Shown: piece by piece, positions 35,897 through 48,595 of the stretch
Position numbering within the stretch: the stretch's first letter is position 1
How the letters are laid out: each line of letters opens with the position of its first letter
Program-made: the position numbers and the translations under genes
The notes under the pieces: generated by a model
What the model saw: only the letters and a program-made list of their open reading frames with translations
Database searches by the model: none
What the model was told of the DNA's origin: nothing
Assembly: GCF_039654945.1 (NCBI RefSeq)
Contig: NW_027361726.1
Location: forward strand, 26,040,001 to 26,104,000
Direction of reading: 5' to 3'
DNA from: Dendrobates tinctorius
Lineage: Eukaryota
DNA length: 64,000 nt

Positions 35897-38034
35897 CCAA
35901 GATAGTGGATCAGACTGCGTTGGTATACTGTACATAACGCTGGAGACCTGCAACCATATACCCCTGCACAGCTATGGCGACGTATAAGATCAATAACCCC
36001 TCAGATTCACCATGCGCAGGCAACCATGTCTCCCAGGATTTCTGTAATATTTGTGTTGTGAATTAAGGCGCCGTCTGACTTAATGATGTTTTTGGTGATT
36101 CCTCTGCGGATACTGGAAACCTTCGTTTCCAGCATCCGCAGAGGCAGAAACCTCAGACAGAGGCGGGAGGATTCGGGAGCGGATTCCAGCCTCCAACTAC
36201 ATAAGGGGCTGATGGTGGAATTGTGTGCCCGTCTGACCGGTGGGTCCTCCTGGTGCCATCCTCATCCTCACTACATTGATGGATTGCAGAATCTTCAGGG
36301 GCGGCCATGCTGGTTTTGGGTTTACAAAGGTTACAGATGAAGAGGGAGAAATTTCCTGCCCTCCGGATTATCAGTCATGGGGTGCTGAGCTCCATCGGAC
36401 TCGTTGTCGGGGTATATTATTTTGGGAGTGGTGTCACTTATGCCAGTGTCTGAGGCCCTGACCCCCAGTAACACCCCAGTCCGTCGGACGCTGCGGTCGA
36501 TCACTCATATATTTCAGAAATGTATCAGTCAGACACAAACAGAGAGCACAGAATGACAATTGTGCAGAAATATCCTGCAGTAAAACATATAACAGTAGTC
36601 AGCAAGTGCTGATGAAAAGATGATAACAAATACAGGGTATTTAGTCGATACATTTTTTTGCAAAAAAATGTATACCAAGCTGCTTCACCGCGTCAAGGTA
36701 ACCCTATTGAAGCAGTCCCTATCTAATGTGTTTAAAACCTGAACATGTGAACAGTGTCTAAGTGAACAGGATGAAGATAGGCCGCTTCCTAGTATGGGCA
36801 CATGGTGTAGCCAGCTCCTTATGTGCATGTCACACAAGAGAGGGGTGGGGTCTCTCAAATCATGCATAGGCACGGAAAAAACTGGATTAAAAACACATGT
36901 GACATGCACACATATGAACAAGTCAGTAGGACACTGTTCATACCACCCACTGACTCAAACACAAACAGAGAGCACAGAATGACAATTGTGCAGAAATATC
37001 CTGCAGTAAAACATATAACAGTAGTTAGCAAGTGCTGATGAAAAGATGATAACAAATACAGGGTATTTAGTCGATACTTTTTTTGCAAAAAAATGTATAC
37101 CAAGCTGCTTCACCGTGTCAAGGTAACCCTATTGAAGCAGGTGAGCGTCTTCTCTGGCACTGGTGGGTAGCTCTAGCTTCCAGTCGCTCCCATGCTCTCC
37201 TGAAGGCTCTGTCCAGGTCTGCTGACTCATCGTCCGGGGAATTCCCCGCCTCCTTTATACTGGACCCTCCCCCAGCCCATCTGTCAGTCAGAATGGTCCG
37301 TCCCCGAATTCTGTCCCCCGGGGACAGTTCCCCCGGAACCCAGATGACGGCTCCTTTGGTTCCTGCCCGGACACTCGACGGGGGGCGCTCCTCCCACACC
37401 AAGATAGTGGATCAGACTGCGTTGGTATACTGTACATAACGCTTGAGACCTGCAACCGTATATCCCTGCACAGCTATGGCGACGTATAAGATCAATAACC
37501 CCTCAGATTCACCATGCGCAGGCAACCATGTCTCCCAGGATTTCTGTAATATTTGTGTTGTGAATTAAGGCGCCGTCTGACTTAATGATGTTTTTGGCGA
37601 TTCCTCTGCGGATGCTGGAAACCTTCGTTTCCAGCATCCGCAGAGGCAGAAACCTCAGACAGAGGCGGTAGGATTCGGGAGTGGATTCCAGCCTCCAACT
37701 ACATAAGGGGCTGATGGTGGAATTGTGTGCCCGTCTGACCGGTGGGTCCTCCTGGTGCCATCCTCATCCTCACTACATTGATGGATTGCAGAATCTTCAG
37801 GGGCGGCCATGCTGGTTTTGGGTTTGCAAAGGTTACAGATGAAGAGGGAGAAATTTCCTGCCCTCCGGATTATCAGTCATGGGGTGCTGAGCTCCATCGG
37901 ACTCGTTGTCGGGGTATATTATTTTGGGAGTGGTGTCACTTATGCCAGTGTCTGAGGCCCTGAAGCCCAGTAACACCCCAGTCCGTCGGACTCTGCGGTC
38001 GATCACTCATCTATTTCAGACACGTATCAGTCAG
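35639..38034. repeat. Complex duplication A-B-C-B-A (A ~894 bp at 35639-36532 and 37141-38034; B ~183 bp at 36533-36715 and 36959-37140)
   Basis: Direct repeats at offsets 1502 and 426 with scattered substitutions. Confidence 0.92.
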
Positions 38035-38649
38035 AGCCTGATGAAGATGATGATTTCAGTCTGAGATTTCTCATCCCCGTGGTCCGGCCTCACACCCCGT
38101 ACGTCTTGGCTTCCCTATCATCTGCCACCGTCTCCATTAATCAATGGGAGCTTGCGCCGGAGCGTTCTTCTCCGGTTTTAGTCAAGCTGTTTGCTTAGTG
38201 ACTTAATTAAATCGTATTTGAACAAAAATTATCATATTTAATATTGCTTTAAATCAGCCCAAGAATCGCTCATTATTAACCGCTGCTTGGAGATTTCCTA
38301 ATGAAATGCAAGTTCATTAAGAGGAGTGATGAAACTTTCCACTGGATGTGACGGAGCTGTGGGCACCGCCGCTCAAAATGCAAATTCAACTCCACAAAAA
38401 TGTAGATAAATGATAAAAACCTGATGTGTGGTCAGAGGAGCGAAGAACGTGAAAAGTGGACATTGTAACCAGTGATGTCATAGAGGAGGTGGGATCATCA
38501 GGGGTGTCAACGTCTGTTATGTTAATAAAGTGGGTTTGGTGGTGGGGCAGCCTGGGGGTCCTCACAACAGATGTCTCATCTGTTTATTCCTTAGCATAAC
38601 TGGTGAATTTGGATTGGATCATTCCACTCCATGTTTACCCATGTCAGAA

Positions 38650-39635
38650 AGGGCCAGCCCTGGATCTGATGATTTCAACAGGAACAGCCCTGGGTCTGAC
38701 TATGTCATCAGCGCCAGCCCTGGATCTGACAATGCCATCAGGGGCCACCCTGAATCTGATGATGCCATGAGGGGCAGCCCTGGATCTGACGATGTTATCA
38801 GGGGCCGCCCTGGATATGACGATGTCATCAGGGACAGCCCTGGATCTGACGATGTCATGAGGGGGCAGCCTGAATATGACAATGTCATCAGGGACAGCCC
38901 TGAATCTGACAGTGTTATGAGGGGGCAGCCCTGGTTCTGACGATGTCATCAAGGGCCGCCCTGGATCTGACTATGTCATGAGGGGCAGCCCTGGATCTGA
39001 TGATGCCATCAGGGGCAGCCCTGAATCTGACGATGCCATCAGGGGCAGCCCTGAATCTGATGATGTCATCAGGGACAGCCTTGGATCTGACGATGTCATC
39101 AGGGACAGCCCTGGATCTGACGATGTCATGATGGGGCAGCCCTGAAACTGACGATGTCATCAGGGGCCGCCCTGGATCTGATGATGTCATCAGGAGCCAC
39201 CCTGGATCTGACAATACCATCAGGGGCAGCCCTGGATCTGATGATGTCATCAGGGGCTGCCCTGGATCTGACAATGTCATCAGGGGCCGCCCTGGATCTG
39301 ATTATTTCATCAGGAGCCACCCTGGATCTGACAATGCCATCAGGGGCAGCCCTCGATCTGATGATGTCATGAGGGGGCAGCCCTGGTTCTGTGGATGACA
39401 TAAGGGCCGCCCTGGATCTGACAATGTTATCAGGGGCTGCCCTGGATATGAGTATGTCATCAGGGGCAGCCCCGGAACCGATGATGTCATCGGTGGCAGA
39501 CCTGGAACAGATTATGTCATTGATGGCAGCCCTGGAGCAGATGATGTCATCAGAGGCAGTCCTGGAACAGATGATGCCGTTGGGACAGCCCCGGAAGAGA
39601 TGATGTAATCGGGGCCAGCCTAGAGCTGATGGTGT
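38650..39635. repeat. 30-bp minisatellite (GGGGCAGCCCTGGATCTGACGATGTCATCA), ~32 copies
   Basis: CCCTGGATCTGA every 30-31 bp. Confidence 0.95.
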
Positions 39636-40952
39636 CATTAGGTGGTTTAGACAAAGTAAATATCCTACATATTTCCAATATTGAAAATGTTCTGACCATT
39701 TAGTATGTGGATCAATATCTCCAAAGAACTCCCAGATCTCTGTTTAGGGCAAGGTATGGCACAGGGTCCCTCCTCAGTATGGGGTCCTGCCTGGCTGCAC
39801 CGGCCCTTTCTGAAGCTCTCTTTCCCCATCCTTTTCCCCTGGCTGCCGTGCCACCATTACTTACAGAGAAGTCCACATGTGGCATCTCCAAGCTGCAGAG
39901 GACTTTAGTGACAAGGATGCAGGATCTATGGTCGGCAGACCAATATACCCACCATGACTTCACAGTTTAGGGGGGGTCCGACACTTATAGAATACAACAG
40001 TGAGTTTGTTATTCCAGTCTTTGGGCGTTGATCCAGCAACTTTACTGCCCAACTTTTATAATATTCCCAAGACTATCATGTGGCACGGATATCGGCGGTG
40101 TACGTTCTGCCTCCAATATAAACATGGACGGATTGTTAATAAGACACACAATATGAGAGATATTCTAATGTATCACCAGGTCATATAACACGCGGCTCTC
40201 ACTGACCCCCTCCCCCATTGATCCCACCAGAAGACGGCGTATACTCTAGACTCCGGGGAGGTCCAGGGTTGTGTATGGCGAAGATTACACATCTCGTGCT
40301 CAGACTCCATAGAAGCTCACAGTCATTTGGAGAACGACAGAAGAGCTTATGTGGATTTCACATTTACTAATACTAAAGCTTAAGTCTTTTCTCGCTGCCA
40401 AAACCTACATGGGAGACGGCAGCCGCGGGTGGAAATAATAAGCCGGTGGCGAACGCTACTAAAGTGAAATGATACAATCGCGATTTCTGGATGGAAATGA
40501 TTGTTGCTGCTTTATAACGACATCGGTGCATTTCTAGGGCAGTGCTTAGTAATAAACTATAGGAGGATATTTAACGTCCAGAGCGTCTTACGGCCGACTA
40601 CCCAGAATACCCGGCATCACTGTGTGATACTGCGCAGCGGGTTTCAGTGACAAGATGGGAGAGAAGTATGGCAGCGCAGAGAGAGATGGCGGCCCCAATG
40701 CCAAACCCAACACTAAGCTTCTTAGGCTCCGTAAGCTGATTAGCTGCTCTGGCTTCTAAATGTTCATCTTTGGCAAAAAAAAGTCCTATAATTAGAATTT
40801 ATGAAAAAAACAATATTCTGGAACCACAAAGATAGTAATGTGTCTCCTGAAAATGAGGCAGATTGGCAAACAACATAGATTAGATGTGGAGGAGTTTATG
40901 GATTGCCAATCAAAATCAACCAGCCCTAAGCCTAAATTTAGTCTCATCCTAA

Positions 40953-41116
40953 GGCCGGGGTCACGCTTGCCTCAATACCCGGCACTACCGCCGATACTCG
41001 GGACCGGTGTGTGCGGCTGCATGTATTTCTGAGCGCTCCAGTCCGAACTGCCGGTGGCAGCACCGGGTATTGAGGCGAGAGACTCGCATAAGTTTCTCGC
41101 AAGTGTGACCACGGCC
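40953..41116. mobile_element. Short Harbinger-type MITE
   Basis: TIRs GGCCGGGGTCACGCTTGC / GCAAGTGTGACCACGGCC; TAA TSD. Confidence 0.85.
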
Positions 41117-41167
41117 TAACCATAAGTGTCAGCCTAAACCAAGTATTCAGCCTAGCCCTAACCCTTA

Positions 41168-41362
41168 GGCCGTGATCACACACAGCGAGATACGGCCGAG
41201 TCTCGCAGGTTAAAACCAAGTTCTGGCGCCGGAACTCCGGAGCGGAGCGTACGGCTGCATAGAAATAAATGGAGCTACACGCTCTGCTCCCGTGTGCTGA
41301 CAGCAGTGCCGGGTATTACCATGCGAGACTCGGCTGTATTCCTCGCATGTGTGATCCCGGCC
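41168..41362. mobile_element. Short Harbinger-type MITE
   Basis: TIRs GGCCGTGATCACACA / TGTGTGATCCCGGCC; TTA TSD. Confidence 0.85.
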
Positions 41363-41464
41363 TTACCGTAATCCTTTGCCTAGCAAATATTCAGCCTAAT
41401 TATGTCTCAATCTAACAATTGCCATCAGCCTAAGCATAAGTAACAAAGTGAATATTCAGCCTAA

Positions 41465-41597
41465 GGCCGGGGTCACACTTGCGAGTGCAATTTGAGAAAC
41501 TCACGCTCCGGTCCGAACCGCGGGCAGCAGTGTCGTGTATTGAGGCTAGAGACTCACGCAAGCTTCTCGCATTGCACTCGCAAGTGTGACCCCGGCC
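41465..41597. mobile_element. Short Harbinger-type MITE
   Basis: Perfect 27-bp TIR GGCCGGGGTCACACTTGCGAGTGCAAT; TAA TSD. Confidence 0.9.
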
Positions 41598-42819
41598 TAA
41601 CCCTAATCCTCAGCCTAAACATACTCTTCATCTTAATCCTTAGCCTATCTCTAACCCTCATTTTATTCATAACTTTCAACCTAAACCTATTACTCAGCCT
41701 AACCATAACCTTCAGCTTAACGCTAATCTTTACCCCAAAACTAATCCGCATCCCAACCGTAACCCTGTAAATGTTGGACCAGTGATGTCCGCATATATGG
41801 TAGTGGAGGTACCAGTCGCCGTGTGCAGCTTTACCCGTCCGGGTAGCAGACATCCACAGGAGCTGCTGGCTGCCATTGATCTAGTCTTATCCAGAAATCA
41901 TAAAGGACCAGTGCTCTCTGCCATCTCTTATTTATCCGCCACATAGGAGAACGTTCATCAGTGTATGGTCTGTTTGTATGAACGGCACACAGATCAAAAA
42001 TAAGCTCCTCTGAACAGTTCACACCATGCAGTTGTTTTTTTTTGCATTGGTTTTAACTACAGGAAAAAAGTTGTGTGTTTACTGCATTTGTTGGGAAACT
42101 CAAGGTAAAAAAAAGTGTTATCAGGTGCTTCTCTGGGGTCCTCACTCTCATTCTTCAGGTTATCCTCTATAAGAAGGATCTTTTGTAGCAGGAGCCCCCT
42201 TTATCGCCCTTCTCCGCTCTCCACTTCATCTCGCCGCCTGTTACCAATTATTCATGTTGGAAATAACAAATGTCTGTTGCCATTGACTAAGGTTGAGACG
42301 TGATTTACTACAGCAAACTCCGAGTGCAATTCAGAGCTCCACTGGGCTATTAATGGGAAGATGATGGAAATCGCTGTGTACATAGAAGGAATTAGCATTT
42401 GTGGGAATCAAGACGACCAATATTTCAAGTCGATTAGCATACAATCCTCAAGGCCCCACTGTGAAAAATGAATCACTTCTCCCCGGCAACAGTCAGTAAC
42501 ATATTCTGTAATGAAGAAGATGAGAAATGCCTTTCAGGAAAAGTAACCGAGCCTTTTACATCCAGAAATACCAACGTCCCCAAAGAGGACGGCCGCCAAT
42601 AAAGATGGCGACATTTAGGATCGCAATAGTGGGATGTGGATTGGCTGGTAATTTCCACTAATCCGTTATTGTTGCACATTACACCGACGCTCGGGAAACA
42701 AGAAGTGTTTGGTAAATTCATGGCTGCGGATCTGCCCACGGTGCAGTACTGGAGACATTGCTCGCCACTTCTCAGTCCGGGCGTGAAGGCTCCCTAAGAT
42801 CGCAATAAATGGGCAAAGG

Positions 42820-44600
42820 TGCATGGAGCATGGAGAGGGGCTGCAGCAGCTGCAGCATGAAGATGCGCTGCACCAGCTGCAGAATGAAGGGGCGCTGCAC
42901 CAGCTGCAGCATGAAGAGGCGCTGCACCAGCTGCAGCATGAAGAGGCGCTGCACCATCTGCAGCATGAAGAGGCGCTGCACCATCTGCAGCATGAAGAGG
43001 CGCTGCACCAGCTGCAGCATGAAGAGGCGTTGCACCAGCTGCAGCATGGAGAGACGCTGCACCATCTGCAGCATGAAGAGGCGCTGCACCAGCTGCAGCA
43101 TGAAGAGGCGCTGCACCATCTGCAGCATGAAGAGGCGCTGCACCAGCTGCAGCATGAAGAGGCGTTGCACCAGCTGCAGCATGGAGAGACGCTGCACCAT
43201 CTGCAGCATGAAGAGGCGCTGCACCAGCTGCAGCATGAAGAGGCGTTGCACCATCTGCAGCATGAAGAGGCGCTGCACCAGCTGCAGCATGAAGAGGCGC
43301 TGCACCAGCTGCAGCATGAAGAGGCGCTGCACCAGCTGCAGCATGAAGAGGCGTTGCACCAGCTGCAGCATGGAGAGACGCTGCACCATCTGCAGCATGA
43401 AGAGGCGCTGCACCAGCTGCAGCATGAAGAGGCGTTGCACCATCTGCAGCATGAAGAGGCGCTGCACCAGCTGCAGCATGAAGAGGCGCTGCACCAGCTG
43501 CAGCATGAAGAGGCGCTGCACCATCTGCAGCATGAAGAGGCGCTGCACCATCTGCAGCATGAAGAGGCGCTGCACCAGCTGCAGCATGAAGAGGCGCTGC
43601 ACCAGCTGCAGCATGAAGAGGCGCTGCACCAGCTGCAGCATGAAGAGGCGTTGCACCAGCTGCAGCATGGAGAGACGCTGCACCATCTGCAGCATGAAGA
43701 GGCGCTGCACCAGCTGCAGCATGAAGAGGCGTTGCACCATCTGCAGCATGAAGAGGCGCTGCACCAGCTGCAGCATGAAGAGGCGCTGCACCAGCTGCAG
43801 CATGAAGAGGCGCTGCACCAGCTGCAGCATGAAGAGGCGTTGCACCAGCTGCAGCATGGAGAGACGCTGCACCATCTGCAGCATGAAGAGGCGCTGCACC
43901 AGCTGCAGCATGAAGAGGCGTTGCACCATCTGCAGCATGAAGAGGCGCTGCACCAGCTGCAGCATGAAGAGGCGCTGCACCAGCTGCAGCATGAAGAGGC
44001 GCTGCACCATCTGCAGCATGAAGAGGCGCTGCACCATCTGCAGCATGAAGAGGCGCTGCACCAGCTGCAGCATGAAGAGGCGTTGCACCAGCTGCAGCAT
44101 GGAGAGACGCTGCACCATCTGCAGCATGAAGAGGCGCTGCACCAGCTGCAGCATGAAGAGGCGTTGCACCATCTGCAGCATGAAGAGGCGCTGCACCAGC
44201 TGCAGCATGAAGAGGCGCTGCACCAGCTGCAGCATGAAGAGGCGCTGCACCATCTGCAGCATGAAGAGGCGCTGCACCAGCTGCAGCATGAAGAAGCGTT
44301 GCACTAGCTGCAGCATGGAGAGACGCTGCACCATCTGCAGCATGAAGAGACGCTGCACCAGCTGCAGCATGAAGAGGCGTTGCACCATCTGCAGCATGAA
44401 GAGGCGCTGCACCAGCTGCAGCATGAAGAGGCGCTGCACCAGCTGCAGCATGAAGAGGCGCTGCACCATCTGCAGCATGAAGAGGCGCTGCACCAGCTGC
44501 AGCATGAAGAGGCGCTGCACCCTGAAGAGGCGCTGCACCAGCTGAAGCATGGAGAGACGCTGAACTAGCTTCAGCATGAACAGGCACTGCATCAGCTGCA
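42820..44600. repeat. 27-bp minisatellite (GCGCTGCACCAGCTGCAGCATGAAGAG), ~65 copies
   Basis: Highly homogeneous 27-bp periodicity; open in four frames because the unit lacks stops there. Confidence 0.98.
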
Positions 44601-44914
44601 GCCAGAACAACCTGCAAAGAGATATTTGTGTTGCTGCAGATAATGGATAATGAAGCTGATCACTGATCTTAAAGCACCTGACACATCAGGCAATGCTCAG
44701 AATAAGCAGTCCTGTGTGCACATGACAGATAGCACTATTTCTGCCAATTATATGACTTGTACTCTGCATTTTTCTCCAGTGGTCCCCTCTGCAGGCTCTA
44801 TCCCTAATTGTCAGCTGTCTCTGAGCTAGTAGGTTGCTGTTATGTATCCTATACACAGTACATAGAGACAAGTTCATAAGAAAGAGCGGTAGCATGGATG
44901 ACATAATACAGCAA

Positions 44915-45430
44915 CAGTCTGCAGTGTAGCTGTGAATCCACCACTGAGATTAGATAAAACACTAGAACAGCATGAGGCCATTACATAGCAATATTGTGCA
45001 GTGTAGCTGTGAATCCAGCATTAAGATGGGATAAAACACTAGAATAGCATGGGGGCATTGCACGGCAATACTGTGCAGTGTAGCTGAGAATCCAGCACTG
45101 AGATGGGATAAAACACTAAGACAGCATGGAGGGCTTTATACAGATGAGAGATAACACTTACTAAAAAGCAGCAGCAGTGTGGAGGCCATAACATGACAGT
45201 AATAAGCAGTGTGGCTGTGAATATAGCACTGGGGAAAGAACTTAATGAAAAAGCAGCAGCAACAGCATGTAAGCCATTTTACAGCAGTACTATGCAATTT
45301 CTCTGTACACTACAGTACCAGGGTGAGATAAAGGCTTAATAAAAACCAGCAGCAGATTAGAGATGATTTTACAGCAGTACTGAACAGTGTAGTTGTGATT
45401 GCAGCTCTAGATTGAGACTAAACACTTAAA
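44915..45430. repeat. Degenerate ~75-bp tandem repeat (GCAGTGTAGCTGTGAATCCAGCACTGAGATGGGATAAAACACTAG...)
   Basis: CAGTGTAGCTG(T/A)GAATCC recurs about 6 times with decay. Confidence 0.7.
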
Positions 45431-45709
45431 AGAATGCAGACGGTCTGTGCAATATCTCTGCATCTACAGTGGGTGAAGTGGTGTAGTGGCCCTGGGCACA
45501 GATTCCAACAGGGTCTCAAAAGCAGCTATATGTCAGTCTTTTATAGAATTAAAGATGATACTTGGGGGCCCTAATATTTATTTTGTACTTAGGTCCAAGA
45601 ACTGACCACCCCAGCACCCCCTCCTGTTATTTCAAAGTCACATGATTGGCTTCAGGACAAAATGTAAGATTGTTACATGTTTCTGAGACAGGAAAAACCA
45701 AGTCATCAC

Positions 45710-47408
45710 ACTGATACATTATATCTACAGTCATGACACGGATACTATAAATATACATTGTGTCTACAGGTATGGCACTGATAATAGACTGATACTTTGT
45801 ATCTACAGGTATGGCACGAATACTAGACTAATACATTATATCTACAGGTATGGCACTGATACTAGACTGATACATCGTATCTACAGGTATGGCACTGATA
45901 CATTATTATTATTATTTATTGTTATACTGCCATTTATTCCATGGCGCTTTACCTGTGAGGAGGGGTATACATACAAGTACAGTAATCTTAAACAATACAA
46001 GTCACGACTGGTACAGGATGAGAGAGGACCCAGCCCGCGAGGGCTCACAATCTACAACGGGATGGGTGAGGATACAGTAGGCGAGGGTAGAGCTGGTCGT
46101 GCAGCGGTTTGGTGGATTGGTGGTTTTGGCAGGTTGTAGGCTTGCCGGAAAAAGTAGGTCTTCAGGTTCTTTTTGAAGGTTTCCATGGTAGGCGAGAGTC
46201 TGATATGTTGCGGTAGAGAGTTCCAGAGTAGGGGGATGCCCTGGAGAAAGCTTGTATGTGATTGTGTGAAGAGGAGATAAGAGGGGAGTAGCGAAGGAGA
46301 TCTTGTGAGGATCGGAGGTTGCGTGCAGGTAAGTACCGGGAGACGAGGTCACAGATGTATGGAGGACTCAGGTTGTGGATGGCTTTGTATGTCATGGTTA
46401 GGGTTTTGAACTGGAGTCTTTGGGTAATGGGGAGCCAGTGCAGGGATTGACAGAAGAGAGAGGCCGAGGAATAGCGGGGGGACAGGTGGATTAGTCAAGC
46501 AGCAGAGTTTAGAATAGATTGGAGGGGTGCCAGAGTGTTAGAGGGGAGGCCACAAAGCAGGAGGTTGCAGTAGTCAAGGCAGGAGATGATGAGTGCATGG
46601 ACTAGGGTTTTTGCAGATTCTTGGTTTAGGAATGTACGGATCCATGAAATGTTTTAGAGTTGAAGTCGGCAGGAAGTGGAAAGGGCTTGGATATGTGGTT
46701 TGAAGGAGAGAGCAGTGTCAAGGATAACCCCGAGGCAGCAGGCTTGTGGGACTGCGGAGAGTGAGCAGCCATTTACTTTAATGGATAGGTCCGTTAGGGG
46801 GGGTCGAGTGAGATGGGGGAAAGATGATGAATTCTGTTTTGTCCATGTTAAGTTTTAAAAATCTAGAGGAGAAGAAGGATGAAATAGCAGACAGACATTG
46901 AGGGATTCTGGTTAGTAAGGAGGTGATTCCTGGTTCAGAGATGTAGATCTGTGTGTCATCATCATAGAGGTGATACTGAAAGCCGTGAGATTCTATGAGC
47001 TGTCCAAGGCCGAAGGTGTAAATGGAGAAGAGCAAGAGGCCTTAGGACTGAACCTTGCAGGACTCCGACAGATAGGGGGCGAGGTGAGGAGGTGGTGTAT
47101 GAGTGGGAGATGCTGAATGTCTGGTCTGTTAGATATGACGAGATCCAAGATTGGGCCAAGAGATGAAAGTCTGTAGTAATAGGGAATGGTCCACTGTGTC
47201 AAAGGCAGAGGACAGGTCCAGGAGGATGAGGACAAAGGAGTGTTGCTTGGATTTGGCGGTTAATACTGTAGGTCATTGGTGACTTTAATGATGCATGACT
47301 GATACATTGTATCTAGAGGTATAGCACTGACACTAGACTGCTTCATTGTATCTACATGTATGGCACTGATACTTGACTGACACATTATATCTACAGACAT
47401 GGCACTGG
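45710..47408. repeat. 39-bp minisatellite (CTACAGGTATGGCACTGATACTAGACTGATACATTGTAT) interrupted by an L2
   Basis: Units at 45710-45902 resume at ~47296-47408. Confidence 0.85.
45903..47290 (-). mobile_element. 5'-truncated L2/CR1-clade LINE (RT C-terminal part, 3' UTR, (AAT)n tail)
   Basis: GVLQGSVL, LFSIYT...[35 protein letters not shown]; AATAAA plus (AAT)n tail at the 45903 end. Confidence 0.93.
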
Positions 47409-48595
47409 GATCCCTGTTCCTCTTCGTCGGTCAGTTTTATCTGGAGTGGCGTTGCCCTCCAAGTTACATGTTTTTTTAGGCTCCTTCAGCTCAAACGTCC
47501 AAACAAAACTCTCAGCAAAGTGCTGGGAAGACAGAAGTGACTCCAGCTGGCACATGACACAAGGGGCTGGTAAGTTTGGCAAAGTCTCGATTGTTCCACA
47601 TCTGCAGCTGAAGGAAAGGGCAGACATGTTTGTTTCTCTGGATTCTTGCACATTCTTTGATAATGTTTCCGACCACAGCAATAATTAAAGTCGGGGCGCC
47701 AAAAGCTGAGTGCTGGGAGCTGCATCACCGGGGGACTGAACGATTCGTCACGTGTACCGCTAGATGGTATCTGGGGACGTTATATCTGTGGGAGATGGAC
47801 GCACAGCATGACTTCTTACCAAACTTTACCAGAAACAGAAAAATCTACATTTTATTTATAAATCCAAATCCAAATCAATGTCTGCAGCGAATTAGTGTGA
47901 CCGCCGACTTATGTATCCCCTCAACACACGCACCGTGCGCGCCAAGGATTCTGCGTTTTCTGCCCCAGGACTGGAGGATATGTATGCATTTTATACAATA
48001 TATTCCTGGGCAGTAGGTGCGGCCTGGCTTCCATACACTTTTCTATTTGGCTGCACAGGAGAAATGTTTCTTTGGAGACGATTACAGACATAAGCATTAG
48101 ATTTCTGCACTTATCACCAGAACATGGCAATAGCCACAAATTTTGCAAAACACCACAAGTCACAGAGTTTCTGCTCTCAGCCGAGCGGTGCAACCCTGAA
48201 TGCTGCTCGGAGATTGAGTTGTGTCCATTATGTCCAGGCGCGGAGAGCAGACGGCTTGGCTTTTATCTCCACTGTCTCGCTTGACATTTTTAGGACATAT
48301 TAGGCCGCCGTGTCTCACACAAAGTGCCTTTTATAAATAATGTGTTTATGTTATACTTTTTTTTTTACAGTGACCTTGATGGTTCAGAAAATCCTGAGAT
48401 TTGTTCCATCCTGAAGAAATTACAGCCTTGGGAGAATCTGCAGTGACAGAATAATCTACATTACTCAGCATATCCCGCACCTGATCCAAGGACGGCAGAG
48501 TCATCTCCGCAGCAAATGGTGTGAGCAATCTGATCTGCAGACACTGACGATCGCACAGATGTAACAAGCAACATGACAAGGACAGGTGGCGCAAT

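Noticed and set aside
36560-36630. Possible hammerhead ribozyme (GAAA...CTGATGA)
   Set aside because: Core words are present but stems I and II cannot be paired
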